From NCBI RefSeq assembly GCF_009834535.1, contig NC_045697.1, forward strand, positions 8,496,001 to 8,560,000: a stretch of 64,000 nt of DNA. Direction: 5' to 3'. Positions 26,163-37,353 of the stretch are shown here, piece after piece. The DNA comes from Camelus ferus. Its lineage: Eukaryota. The first letter of the stretch is position 1. Each line of letters starts with the position of its first letter. Made by a program: the position numbers and the translations under genes. The notes under the pieces are model-generated. The model had not been told where the DNA came from and made no database searches. It saw only the letters and a program-made list of their open reading frames with translations.

Positions 26163-26645
26163 GATTACTCAGCCACAGAAAAAGAATGAAATAATGCCAT
26201 TTGCAGCAACATGGATGGACCTAGAGTATTTAGTATTTATCATAATAAATCAGACAGAAAAAAGACAAATATCACATGATATCGCTTATATGTGGAATCT
26301 AAAAAATGATACAAATAAGCTTATTTACAAAGCAGAAACAGACTCACAGACATAGAAAACAAACTTATGGTCACCAAAGGGGAAAGGGGTGGGGGAGGGA
26401 TAAATTGGGAATCTAGGGTTAACAGACACATTACTACATATAAAATAGATGAGCAACAAGGTCCTACTGTATAGAACAGGGAACTATATTCAATAGCTTG
26501 TAATAATTTTATATAACCTACATATATATATAAAGAATATAGATATCTTTTTTCAGATCATTTTGAGATAGATAGATAGATAGATAGATAGATATCTGAA
26601 CCACTGCTGTATACCTGAAACTAATGCAACATTGTAAATCAACTC
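26163..26645 (+). mobile_element. L1 3' end inserted in a MIR, with internal (GATA)n and terminal (CT)n(CA)n
   Basis: KKNEIMPFAATWMDLE peptide; 3'UTR motifs gactcacagacatagaaaacaaacttatgg and acagggaactatattcaata. Confidence 0.9.
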
Positions 26646-26912
26646 TCTCTCTCTATACACACACACACACACACACATATGAGGCTCTTAACCCAGTGAC
26701 CAGTACATTCCAACAGTGCAGGAAATGTCAGTTGTTGGTTTATTTACTACCTTGTCATATAAATACTTGAGTCTAATCATATCTCTTCTATTATATCATA
26801 AACTTCTGAATATTGGGATTAATATATAGTCTTCCTTTGTCTCTCTCACCATCCTAGCTAGAAATGACTGGATACATGTATCTGCCAAGTCGTGTGCATG
26901 CTGCTCTAGGTT

Positions 26913-27318
26913 TGTGATGGTAGTTTCACGTGTCAATTTGGCTAGTTGTAGGCTAGAGTAACCAACGTCAACCAAACAATAAGTGAGGTGGTGCTGTGAA
27001 GGCATTTTGTAGGTGTGATTAACTCTTACAATTAGTTGCCTTTAATTAAAGAAGGTTATCTGACTCAGTCAGCTGAAAGATCTTAAGAGCAGAACTGAGA
27101 CTTTTCAGAAGAAATTCCTCCTGTGGAAGGCAGCATCAGCTTCTACCTAAGAATTCTAGTGTGTCCTCCCTGATGGCCTGCCCTACAGATTTCAGACTTG
27201 GCCAGCCAGCTCCCACAATGGTACAAGCCAATTTTCTGCAATCAGTCAATCAGTCAATCAATCAGTCAATCAATCAATCACTGGATATGTTTCTCTGGTG
27301 AAACTCTTGACTAATACA
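26913..27318 (+). mobile_element. MLT2 (ERVL) solo LTR containing a (TCAA)n tract
   Basis: tgtgatggtagtttcacgtgtcaatttggctag...gcctgccctacagatttcagacttg...tttctctggtgaaactcttgactaataca. Confidence 0.8.
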
Positions 27319-27353
27319 ATATTAGTACATCTTAATATTAGTATCTGTACCTA

Positions 27354-27767
27354 TGTAATGATAATTAATTTTATGTGTCAACTTGGCTGGGCCTTGGTGC
27401 TCAGATATTTGGTCAAATATTATGCTGGATGGTTCTGTGAGAGTGCTTTTAGATGAGATTAATATTTAAATCAGTGGACTTTGAGTAAAGCAGACTGCCC
27501 CTCATAAGGTGGGTGGGCCCCCACCAATCAGTTGAAGGCCAACTGGAACCAAGATTGACCTCCCCTGCATGAAAGAAAGCAGTTGGCCTTCAGACTCAAA
27601 AGGAAGCATCTGTTCCTAACCTGGGACTCCAGCCTGCTGGCCCAGCCTGCATATTTTGGACCTACCAGTGTCCATAATTGTGTGAGCTGATTCCTTAAAA
27701 TAAACCATTTTCTCTATATCTACATATTCTCTTGATTCTGCTTCTCTGGAGAACCCTGACTACTACA
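27354..27767 (+). mobile_element. MLT2 (ERVL) solo LTR
   Basis: taattttatgtgtcaacttggctgggcc...gatgagattaatatttaaatcagtggactttgagtaaagcag...ttctctggagaaccctgactactaca. Confidence 0.9.
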
Positions 27768-28956
27768 GAGTGTTAGAACAGGAATTGCTTTTGCAATTGA
27801 TGTTGCTATCAGTATCAGCAACAGTATTAATACAAGTGTTAGAATTGGTATTGGCTTAGTATTCGAATTAGCATTATTAGGATTTGGGTTCAGATTGACA
27901 CCCTATTTCATACCAGAAACTGCCAAATAGTATAGTGTTAAAGGGAAGTGACTTTGGAACTTGAATTCTAATCCTGTGAAATACAAATGCCATGCCACTA
28001 TCCACCCACTGCCTCCCAAGTCCAGGGGCTCACACCTGGGAGGTATTCAATAAATGTTTACCCTGCCCAAACTGAGCAAATTGCAAAATGTGCAAAATCC
28101 AGTTTCCTTGTAGTATCGAAAATTTAACGAGACAGATACTTCAGAGAATTTCCTTCAAACTCTGAGGATTTTCATGACTCCAAAGAAAGTCTATTTAAAA
28201 TAGTTCCCACTGGAGCAAAGAGAAGTGCGTGAAGCCGGAGCACCTAATATATGAGAGTCATCACACATACGTGCTGTAGGTCAAGTATTAAAAGGATAAA
28301 TGTTTCACGCCGGAAACATCTGAAATACGTACGTTATGGATGGACTTCCCAGTAGGTGGACAATCATGACCAGCCTGAGGAATGGCTGTTTTCATCCATC
28401 AGCAATAAATAGCCCCAGGGGACCCTGCCTGTGACAACAGGGAGGGAGACACCGTGTTCATCTGAAGTCTCATTTTCTTGGTTTGGGGTCTTTTGAGTCA
28501 GAAACTTCCCCTCTGTGTCAACAAGGCTTATGTGAACACTTAATTTATTATCCTGAGGGTCCAGGAGACAAAAAAATTATTGTGATGACTTCTTTTTCAT
28601 GAAACAACTATATCTCAACTAGCACATTAAATCAGAAATGCAGTATAAAGACAAATAAACTGTCATGATTAATGTTAGCCTCAGTCATGGACAAATACAT
28701 CTTTCTTCTACATGGAAGGAAGGTAAGAAAGAAGTAAGCCAAAGGTTCTAAAACACATTTTACATAATTAATGTAATTCTCTCCCTCTCTTGCAAAGTGA
28801 GCCAGGCTCTTCCAAGCTCTGCCATTGTTCCTGTATTGTTTTTCCACCCAAATCTCCGTATTTCTCATTCCCCACTTCTTTGCCTAGAGGACACACATCT
28901 TTGAAGAATCAGGCTGTGGTTCTCAACCACGGCTATATTCAAATATCATCTGTGAT

Positions 28957-29144
28957 TAGAGTTGCAAGATTCAGCAAATAAAAATGCAGGACCACCCGTT
29001 AAATTTGCTTTTCAAAAAACAGTGAACAATTTTTTTAGTGTTAAGTATGTTCCATAAGATATTTCCAACATACTCAAAAGACTCTTCATTGTTTATCTGA
29101 AATGCAAATTTAACTGGATGTTCTATACTTTGTCTACAACATCT
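28957..29144. mobile_element. MER53 palindromic hAT MITE
   Basis: tagagttgcaagattcagcaaataaaaatgcaggac...ttaaattt...gtttatctgaaatgcaaatttaactggatg matches the recalled MER53 consensus; the arms are inverted repeats. Confidence 0.85.
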
Positions 29145-29689
29145 GGAGTGTTTGCCTTTGCCTCTGCCTGTCCCTAGAAATTCTACTTTAATTGCTAGAA
29201 GGTGCCTCCTCCCCACCTACACACATGAGCACGCTTCCAAGTTCTCTTCTTCCTTATCTCTTCTCCCCACACTTTCAGGTAACTTGTACCTACTTGGAGC
29301 GCCTGTTAACACAATGTCTGGGGGATAGGATATCTATTGAGATCATTAGTGTTTTGTTGCTGCTGCCTGCTGTGAAATATTCAGAAAAAATGAGCACTAT
29401 TTGTGTTTTGGGCTTTTCACTTTTCTCTTGCCCTCCAAGATCAGGTGAGCCTTGGTGTCCTCTAACTTTAGAAGCCAGCCCAATTTAGAAGGTGTGTACA
29501 GGTTATGGAGGTCATTTTGGTTCTGGGAAAGTCTTCAAACACATGCAGCTAGCTTTCCCTGAGCAAGGAAGGGGAGGGAGGGAGCACATTTGAAGGAGGT
29601 GGGGTGGCACCTAAACATGGGACAGAGGAGGGAGGCGCCCCAATACTGAAAGAAATTATTGAAATAGCACCCTAAGTGTTCTTCCTGCT

Positions 29690-30220
29690 TCAGTTCTTGC
29701 CCTCTACCCTCCCTCCCCTTTAGAATGGAAATCAGATCACATCACTCCCGCCCAGATTCCTCCCGTGGCTCCCCTCTTATTCCAAATAAAAGATGGGGCT
29801 TGGTCTGCCCCAACACAGTTCATTCCATCTCCACACCAGGCTCCTAGCTGTTCCCAGAGCATCCCAGGCATGCTGTTCTGCCCTCTTCGCATTTCCATGT
29901 TCATTTCCCTCTGCCAGGAAGTCCCTTCTTCCAGAAATTCGCCAGTTTGTTTCATCACGTATTTTGCCTTGTGCAAAATGCGAGGTTCATCCTGACCTCC
30001 TCCCAACACCTCCCATCCCTCTTCCTTACTTTGCTTTCTCTGTAGCACCAAACTCTTCCAAGCTTTGATACAATTTGCTTATTGGTTTTATTTGTTGTCT
30101 GTCTCTCTATGACTCTCTGTTATTGAGCATCCTGAGGGCAAGAGTTTCTGTCCGTTTCACTTCTCTACACCCAACACAAAGGCTAGTCCCTGGTTTATAG
30201 CTGACACTCTATAAATATTG
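29690..30220 (+). mobile_element. L2 LINE 3' fragment
   Basis: aaatcagatcacatcactcc, tttatttgttgtctgtctc, tgagggcaagagtttctgtc, ataaatattg end. Confidence 0.7.
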
Positions 30221-30872
30221 GGAAAGAAGGGAAGGAAGAAAGGGAGGAAGGAAAGGAGAGTGGAAGGGAAGCAGGATAGCAGGGAGGGAGAGGAAAGCTC
30301 AGAGATCTGAAGATGCCCAGTATAGTGAGAATGAAAAGACCCTGCTTCCCAGGCCTAGGGGAAGTGGCAGGACCTTTGAGAGATGCAGGTCTCTAGACAC
30401 AGGTACCTAGGATTGAACTGATTCCTCTGTCTAAGTGTGTCACTGAATCAGTAAACTCTCCAGATGTTCAGGGACCACACAGAGCATTAGGGGTAACCAT
30501 GAGGTCGACTAGGTCTCCCAAAACTGTGTACTCCAGAGATGACCCCTGGGATATTCTGTAAAGTCTAGGGAAGAAAAAAGTAAAGATACAAAAAAGACCA
30601 ATGAGACTGAATTTCCCACCACTATGTGAGATGGGAGCTTAGAGTCAGACTAAGATTGATTTAGAGAAACTAAAGATACATATTTCTTGAAAAAAATCAG
30701 TGAATGAAGTTTGTACTGGTTAAATTTATGTATCTGTTAAAAACAGTGTAACCACTGAACTGTAAAAATACTGTAGTCTTGGTGCCCCGCTTGCTAGCTG
30801 AGTGACCCTGGGTGAGTCACCTCCCTGAGCATGGAGTGTCTCATCTATAAAGTGGCATCACTGTACCTCACA

Positions 30873-31264
30873 CATCAGTCAGAATGTGTTAGGTGATGCT
30901 GGAGTAACACGTAAGCTCCAACTCTCCATGTCCTGAAATAGCAAAGGGGCATTTCTTGATCACACACATGTCCTCCCAGGTCAAGGAGAGAGCCCTGCTC
31001 CAAACACATTCAGGAACCAGGCCAATAGGGCAGCCTCCTTCCACACACCTGGTGGCTGTGCCAGAGGGAATACAAGCTCCAGAGACCCTCTTGGTGGCAC
31101 CCAAGGGCCACACCCCAGAAAGTGGCCCATGGCACATTAGCCTTAAGTCTGTTCTTTGGCCAGAACTAATCATAAGGCCCCACCCAACAAAGGGGATCAG
31201 GAGTGTGATGACACCATGTGCCTGGAAGAGAAAGAGCAGCAAATATTTAGGAAAACATCCCACA
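30873..31264 (-). mobile_element. MaLR LTR (MLT1J/K-like) interrupting a MIR
   Basis: atcagtcagaatgtgttaggtgatgctggagtaaca...tcaggaaccaggc...ttggccagaactaatcataaggccccacccaac; MIR sequence on both sides (30780-30870 and 31280-31365). Confidence 0.65.
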
Positions 31265-31447
31265 GGGGTACCAAAGGCAAGTGTGAGGGTGAAATGAGGT
31301 AATATACATAAAGTGCCTATTACAGAGCCTGGCACATAAAATATACACCATGAATGAAAGCTGTAATTAGATCCTTAAGAGTCTTGGGGAAGGCTGAGAT
31401 GAAACCTATTTTATGTCCCAGTCATTAGCTCAGTGCCTAATAGGCAT

Positions 31448-33686
31448 TCTTTTGTTTGTTTGTTTTAATTGAAGTACAGTCAATTTACAATGTTGAGTTA
31501 ATTTCTGGTATACATATAGTGATTCATTTATACATACACATATAAGATTAACATACAGAAATCAATTGCATTTCTTTACACTAACAATGAACTATCAGAA
31601 AAGGAAGGTAAAGAAACAATTCCTTTTAAAATCACATCAAAAAATAAAATAAAATACTTAGGAATAAACCTGACCAAGGAGATGAAAGACTTATACATGG
31701 AGAACTACAAAACACTGATTAAGGAAATTAAAGATGATTTAAAGAAATGGAAAGACATCTCATGCTCTTGGATGGAAGAATTAATACTGTGAAAATAGTC
31801 ATACTACGCAAAGCAATCTACAGATTTAATATGATCCCTGTCAAATTACCCAGGACATTTTTCACAGAACTTGAAGAAATAATTCTAAAATGTATATGGA
31901 ATCACAAAAGGCCTAGAATTGCCAAAGCAATACTGAAGAAAAAGGAGAAATAACCCTTGCAGACTTCAGTCAATACTACAGAGCTACAGTAATCAAAACA
32001 GCGTGATATTTACACAAAAACAGACATATGGATCAATGGACCAGAATAGAGAGTCCAGAAATAAACCCACAGACTTACAGTCAATTAATTTTCAACAAAG
32101 GAGGCAAGAATATACAATGGAGAAAAGACAGTCTCTTCAACAAGTGATACTGGGAGAAAGCTGGACAGCCACATGTAAATCAATGAGGTTAGAACATTCC
32201 CTCACACCATACACAAAAATAGACTCAAAATGGCTTAAAGACTTAAGCATAAAACAAGATACTATGAACCTCCTAAAAGAAAACATGGGCAAAACATGTT
32301 CTGAGATAAATCTTGGCAATGTTCTAGGGCAGTCTACTCAGGCAATAGAAATAAAAGCAAAAATAAACAAATGGGACCTAATTAAACTTATAAGCTTTTG
32401 CACAGCAAAGGAAACCATAAGCAAAACAAAAAGACAACCTACAGAATGGGAGAAAATATTTGCAAATGCGGAGGCTGACAAGGGCTTAATTTCCAGAATA
32501 TATAAACAGCTCGTACAGCTTAATAACAACAACAACAAAAAAACCCAATCCAAAAATGGGCAGAATATCTAAACAAGCAATTCTCCAATGAAGACATGCA
32601 AATCGCCAATTGGCACAAGAAAAAATGCTCAATATCCCTAATTATCAGAGAAATGCAAATCTAAACTACAATGAGGTATCACCTCACACCAGTCAGAATG
32701 GCCATCATTCAAAAGTCCACAAATGATAAATGCTGGAGAGGGTGTGGAGAAAAGGGAACCCTCCTACACTGTTGGTGAGAATGTGGTTTGGTGCAGCCAT
32801 TGTGGGAAACAGTATGGAGATTCCTTAAAAAACTAAAAATACATTTACCATATGATCCAGAAATCCCACCCCTGGACAACCCAGAGGGAACTTTAATTTG
32901 AAAAGATATATGCACCGCAATGTTCATAGCAGCATTATTTACAATAGCCAAGACATGTTAATAACCTAAATGCCCATTTAGAGATGACTGGATAAATAAG
33001 TGGTATATTTATACAATGGAATACTACTCAGCCATAAAAAACAAAATAACGCCATTTGCAGCAACATGAATAGACTGGAGATCATCATTCTAAGTGAAGT
33101 AAGCCAGAAAGAGAAAGAAAACTACCATATGATATTACTTATACGTGGAATTTAAAAAAAAAAAAAAGACACAAATGAACTTATTTACAAAACAGAAAGA
33201 CTCAGACATAAAAAACAAACTTATCATTACCTGGGGGAAAGGGGGTGGGAGGGATAAATCAGGAGTTTGAGATTTGCGGATACTAACTCCTGTATATAAA
33301 ATAGATAAACAAGTTTATATTGTAGAGTACAGGGATCTATACTCAATACCTTGTAGCAACCTATAATGAAAATGACAAAGAATATGAAAAGGAATATATG
33401 TATGTATATGTATGACTGAAATATTATGCTGTACATCAGAAATTGACACAACACTAAACTGACTATACTTCAACTAGAAAAAAGAAACTCTGAAATTAAA
33501 AAAAGAAAAAATATACATATATATTCCTTTTCATATTTTCATTATAGGCTATTACAAGATATTGAATATAGTTCTCTGTGCTGTACAGTAGGACCTTGTT
33601 GTTTATCTATTTTATATATAGTAGTTAGTATCTGCAAATCCTGAACTCCCAATTTATCCCTCCCCACCCCCTTCCTCCCTCGCTAA
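31448..33686 (-). mobile_element. Short L1 3' end (outer element) split by a nested L1
   Basis: Antisense 3'UTR at 31448-31543 resumes at about 33511-33686; flanking repeat ctaa(t/c)aggcattc(t/c)tt at 31437-31452 and 33683-33698. Confidence 0.85.
31544..33510 (+). mobile_element. ~2-kb 5'-truncated L1 (ORF2 C-terminal third and 3'UTR), frameshifted
   Basis: Peptides [76 protein letters not shown]-rich tail; TSD atacacatat/atatacatat (31534-31543, 33511-33520). Confidence 0.97.
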
Positions 33687-33839
33687 CAGGCATTCCTTTA
33701 ATGAAGACTGCTGATTGAATTCACTGAGTTTTTTCTATATTTCAGACAATAGTCCCCTCATGGGGAAAGGGACGTAACTATACACAAGTTCAGCACTGCA
33801 CCATTCCCATGCCTCCCCAAACCTACAGAACCAACATTG

Positions 33840-34510
33840 ATGTAATGCCTCTTATGTTCTAGGAAAGTGCTATTCCAGGCCTGAGGGGATACAGAGTGAA
33901 GCAGACAGAGAGCCCCTGCCCTCAACAAGCTTACATCCTAAGGAAAGATGAGGAGGCAGAGAGGACACACTTAATCAAATATGTGAGATGGTGGTGCTGA
34001 AGAAGACACCGTGGAATAATGCGGTAGGGAGCAAGTCTCTACGGATGGGAAAGGAGGCCAACAAGGAGGGCTGCCTGAGGGTGACTCCGTGATGGGAAGG
34101 AAATTTGCCGCAGGAAGATCCAGGGATCCAAGCAAAGGCACCTGCAAATGCAGAGAGCCAGAGACTGGAAAGAAAGAACCATGTTTAAGAATCAGAAGCA
34201 ATGTCATGTGACTGGGTCCTAGTGCACAAGGGGGAGAGAGCAAGGATGAAGGAATCAGAGAGGCAGGCATGGTCCTGCAGGCCAGGATAAGAAACTGAGG
34301 TTTCATTCAAATTATAGGAAAGAACAAGTGCAGAGTAGGTGGAGTACAATTTGGGAAACAAACAATAGTGCTTTGGCCAAACCAACTTTTAGCCAAGCCA
34401 AATCAAGTTTGAGGTACCTATAAAACATCCAAGGTACCTATTAAACAGCAACTGGATACCAAATCTGCAATTCAGGAGATTTAGACTGGAGATACAAAAC
34501 TGAGACTCTT
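33840..34510 (-). mobile_element. L2 LINE fragment
   Basis: gagcccctgccctcaacaagcttacatccta, gcaaatgcagagagccagag, aagtttgaggtaccta...atccaa. Confidence 0.65.
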
Positions 34511-36944
34511 TAACACAAGTCAGAATACAGAGTCTTTAAAGAGAACACTGGCCTCTCTGGAGCTGGTACTAGCTGAAAAGTCAACGTTGCTTAAATCAAG
34601 TTAACAGAAGAGATGCTGCCATTCAGAAAAGTTCTCTTGGGCATGTCACTGCTAAATCAGACACTACTGTTACAAATAGTAACTGCAGATTTTTTAAGCA
34701 GTAACTTGGAAGATGGTGAATAAGGTATAACCATGAAGATGCATGAAATTCACCAAAGGGAAATGCCATAATCTGAAGATGAATTTTATCAGTCAGAATA
34801 AGTTAGGTTCTGCTGTGATAACAACAAATATCAATGTATCAGTGGCTTAAAGCAGCAGGGATGTATTTTTACTATCACACGGCATGTCCATCAGCATAGG
34901 GCTTTGCTCAACAGACTCACTCTGGGAACCACGCTAACAGAGCAGCCATCTCAAAGAAGCCAGTTCCAGGTGAGAGGGCTTGAAAGGGTCTCACATAATA
35001 ATTGAATACATGAAGGAGTACTGTCTCTTCTGTTCACAACCCAAGTCATCCCCAGCCACAAGGGGGCCAGTATGCACAATCTTACTAATGTGTCCATTTT
35101 CCAACATTTCCAACTCTTCCCACTCTTGTCATCATTTTTTTTTTACTAGAGATAACCCTCAAAACTCTCATGATAGGGGAAACTAGGAGAAATAAGTCAT
35201 GATTATATGATTCGTGATATCCTTTAATTTTCACAACAACCCTATCAACTAGTTTTTATCCTTCCCATTTTGCAAATGTGGAAATGAAGGCTTAGAGATA
35301 TTCAGTAGCATGCCAAAGGCCCCATGACAAGTAGACAGGGGATCCAAGATCTGTAGGTCAGGAACAAACACAAAGTCATCGTTATTCTTTCCAGAATAAC
35401 ACACTACCATCTACTCTCCTGCGTCCCCTTTAAAATGACTGGGTGTTTTCCTCTTAGATCCATCCTGTCCAAGCCAGAAAAGGAGAGGGAATACTTAGCA
35501 AAATATATTTAATTAGAGAAAAAGAATAAATGTAGCAAATGTTGGATTAGCTCAATTTTCTTTGGTCGTCTTTGTCTTCTGTGAGTGGAAGGAGAAAGGT
35601 GGGGGAATAGAACACAAGGCAGATAAGAGGCCTCTGATACTGCTGGGGAAGCTGAGCTGATGCTTATTTTTAAAGATTCTTCAGGGATTCAGACATGTGT
35701 AGGCCAGCTCAGCCTCAAAATCATGTTTCATGGAGTTGATTCCTTATGAACCATAAAACAGTCTTCACTTGTCCCCAGTGTTATTCATAGAAATGCGTAT
35801 CAGAGAGATCAGAAAATGATTACACATTCTCTTTTCCAAGGGCCCCAGTAAGCAGTCTGTTATATTTCTTGGTTAGGGCAGCGTATTCAGTTATGTTTCA
35901 AGTTCCTGCCAGTTGGGACTGCCTTTGTACAAAGCTTTGCACAAGGTTAACTTTCAACTAGAACACAGGCGTATCCGTCTTGTTCCAAGGCTTTGATTTA
36001 AACTTTCTGTAGATTCAACGTGTTGACTTAAGTTTGTCGTGTTTATTTGTAAAGTATTTTCTGACACCTTGTTACAGTTACTCCACACCCCCAATTACAA
36101 CCTGGGTCCTGAGAGAAAAATCCGAATCACGGCCTGAGCCACCTGCTCTGCTACAAAAGCCTCATTTCTCAATGCTCAAAGATGCCAAATTCTAAAAGAA
36201 AAGCTCCCAAAATAGGGCAAATCCTCAGTCAAGAAAAGAACAGAAGATAGAAAAGACAAAGACTGGGTTACGAAGCTTGAGATTGCAAATGGTTTAAACT
36301 TCTTCCTTCGCCAGTGCTTCATCTCCATTTTACACACAGGTAAAACAAAGCAAGAAAATGAATAAACCTGGACTGGACCCCTCACCAAAGGCAACTGTCT
36401 TACCACGTTCCACCAGGCAACTCATGAGAGGTCTCTACCACGTGTTGGAGCAGAGAGAAACTGTACAACGTGAAGGCCAACCCACAGTATCTCCCCAACA
36501 GCAGTACTAAACCGAGGTCAGATCTGAAGATTGCAGGCAAGTCGTCCCAATGTCAGAAACCGAAGGGACCTGGGACACTGCCACGTCTCAGTATCTTTGG
36601 TGACACAGGGGGAAGCAGAGGCCCATGGAGCTGAGATGACGGTCGAGCCATCTTGGCTCCCTAGTACCAGAGCCAGGCCTGAATCCAAGCCCTTCCTGAG
36701 GGTCCAAGTGGCCCCCTTTTGGAAAAAGCTTCAGGTTAAGGGCTGGTTCCCAGTTGTGACCAAGTGCTGAGTGGCCTGGTAGCTCCCAGCGTTCCTCGTC
36801 TGAGAAATGGGGAGAGTAGTATTTACTGCTATGGGACGGTGGGAGCATTATCAGAGGAGCATCAATATACGTCCCACAATAAACCGTTCACATCTCTGAC
36901 ACTCCACTTTGTAAGATCACCGAAAATCTGTGCATGTGGGTCTC

Positions 36945-37330
36945 CTCGCCTGGCTCCTGCCGCAGACCCGCCAGCGCCCGGGCTGACCTGAGGCGACGCG
37001 GTCAGCGCCCAGGGTCGCGGCCTGGCTTCCGTGGGCGCCTTCCCCCCGGAAACCCCGAGAGGACAGCGGACACAAAGCCTCAGCACCCCAGCCCAACGCC
37101 GTTTTAGAGCCTCACGCTCCTTCTCTCTCACCTTGCCAGGGTAAAGTCCGCAGGAAGCAGCCCAGACGGCGCGGGGCAGGAGGAGCGGGAGACGCAGGCG
37201 GGCGGTTTTTGGCGCCAAAGCCTAAGCGTAAATGAGGGCGCAAAAGATGGGACTGCGCAGGCGTACGGCGTCGGTGTGCTTTACAAATCGGACAGCAGGG
37301 AGGGTGCGACCAGAAAACGCGGCCCCCCAG
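36945..37330. promoter_or_regulatory. Small CpG island / housekeeping-type promoter
   Basis: Abrupt high GC and CpG density in an otherwise CpG-depleted window; E2F palindrome TTTGGCGCCAAA 37208-37219, second E2F-like GGGCGCAAAA 37236-37245, NRF1-like TGCGCAGGCGTA 37254-37265, ETS-like CGGAA cores. Confidence 0.8.
37132..37250 (-). ncRNA. Putative non-coding first exon of an unidentified minus-strand transcript (lncRNA or 5'UTR exon)
   Basis: Strong minus-strand donor AAG|GTGAGA (exon ends 37132, intron GT at 37131-37130) just downstream of the promoter motifs; no ATG in the exon; the TSS position is inferred. Confidence 0.4.
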
Positions 37331-37353
37331 GACACATGTTTCACTCTAAGGAA

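Noticed and set aside
30220..30297. Purine-rich GGAA/GGGA tract as a regulatory microsatellite
   Set aside because: Degenerate tail of the adjacent L2; not a clean (GGAA)n array.
31747..32572. Protein-coding ORFs (68 and 189 aa)
   Set aside because: Frameshifted fragments of L1 ORF2 from a 5'-truncated copy; not an active element or host gene.
36862..37218. 118-aa signal-peptide-like ORF ([14 protein letters not shown]...)
   Set aside because: Starts at TTG inside the E2F site; open frames are expected in GC-rich islands; no recognisable homology.
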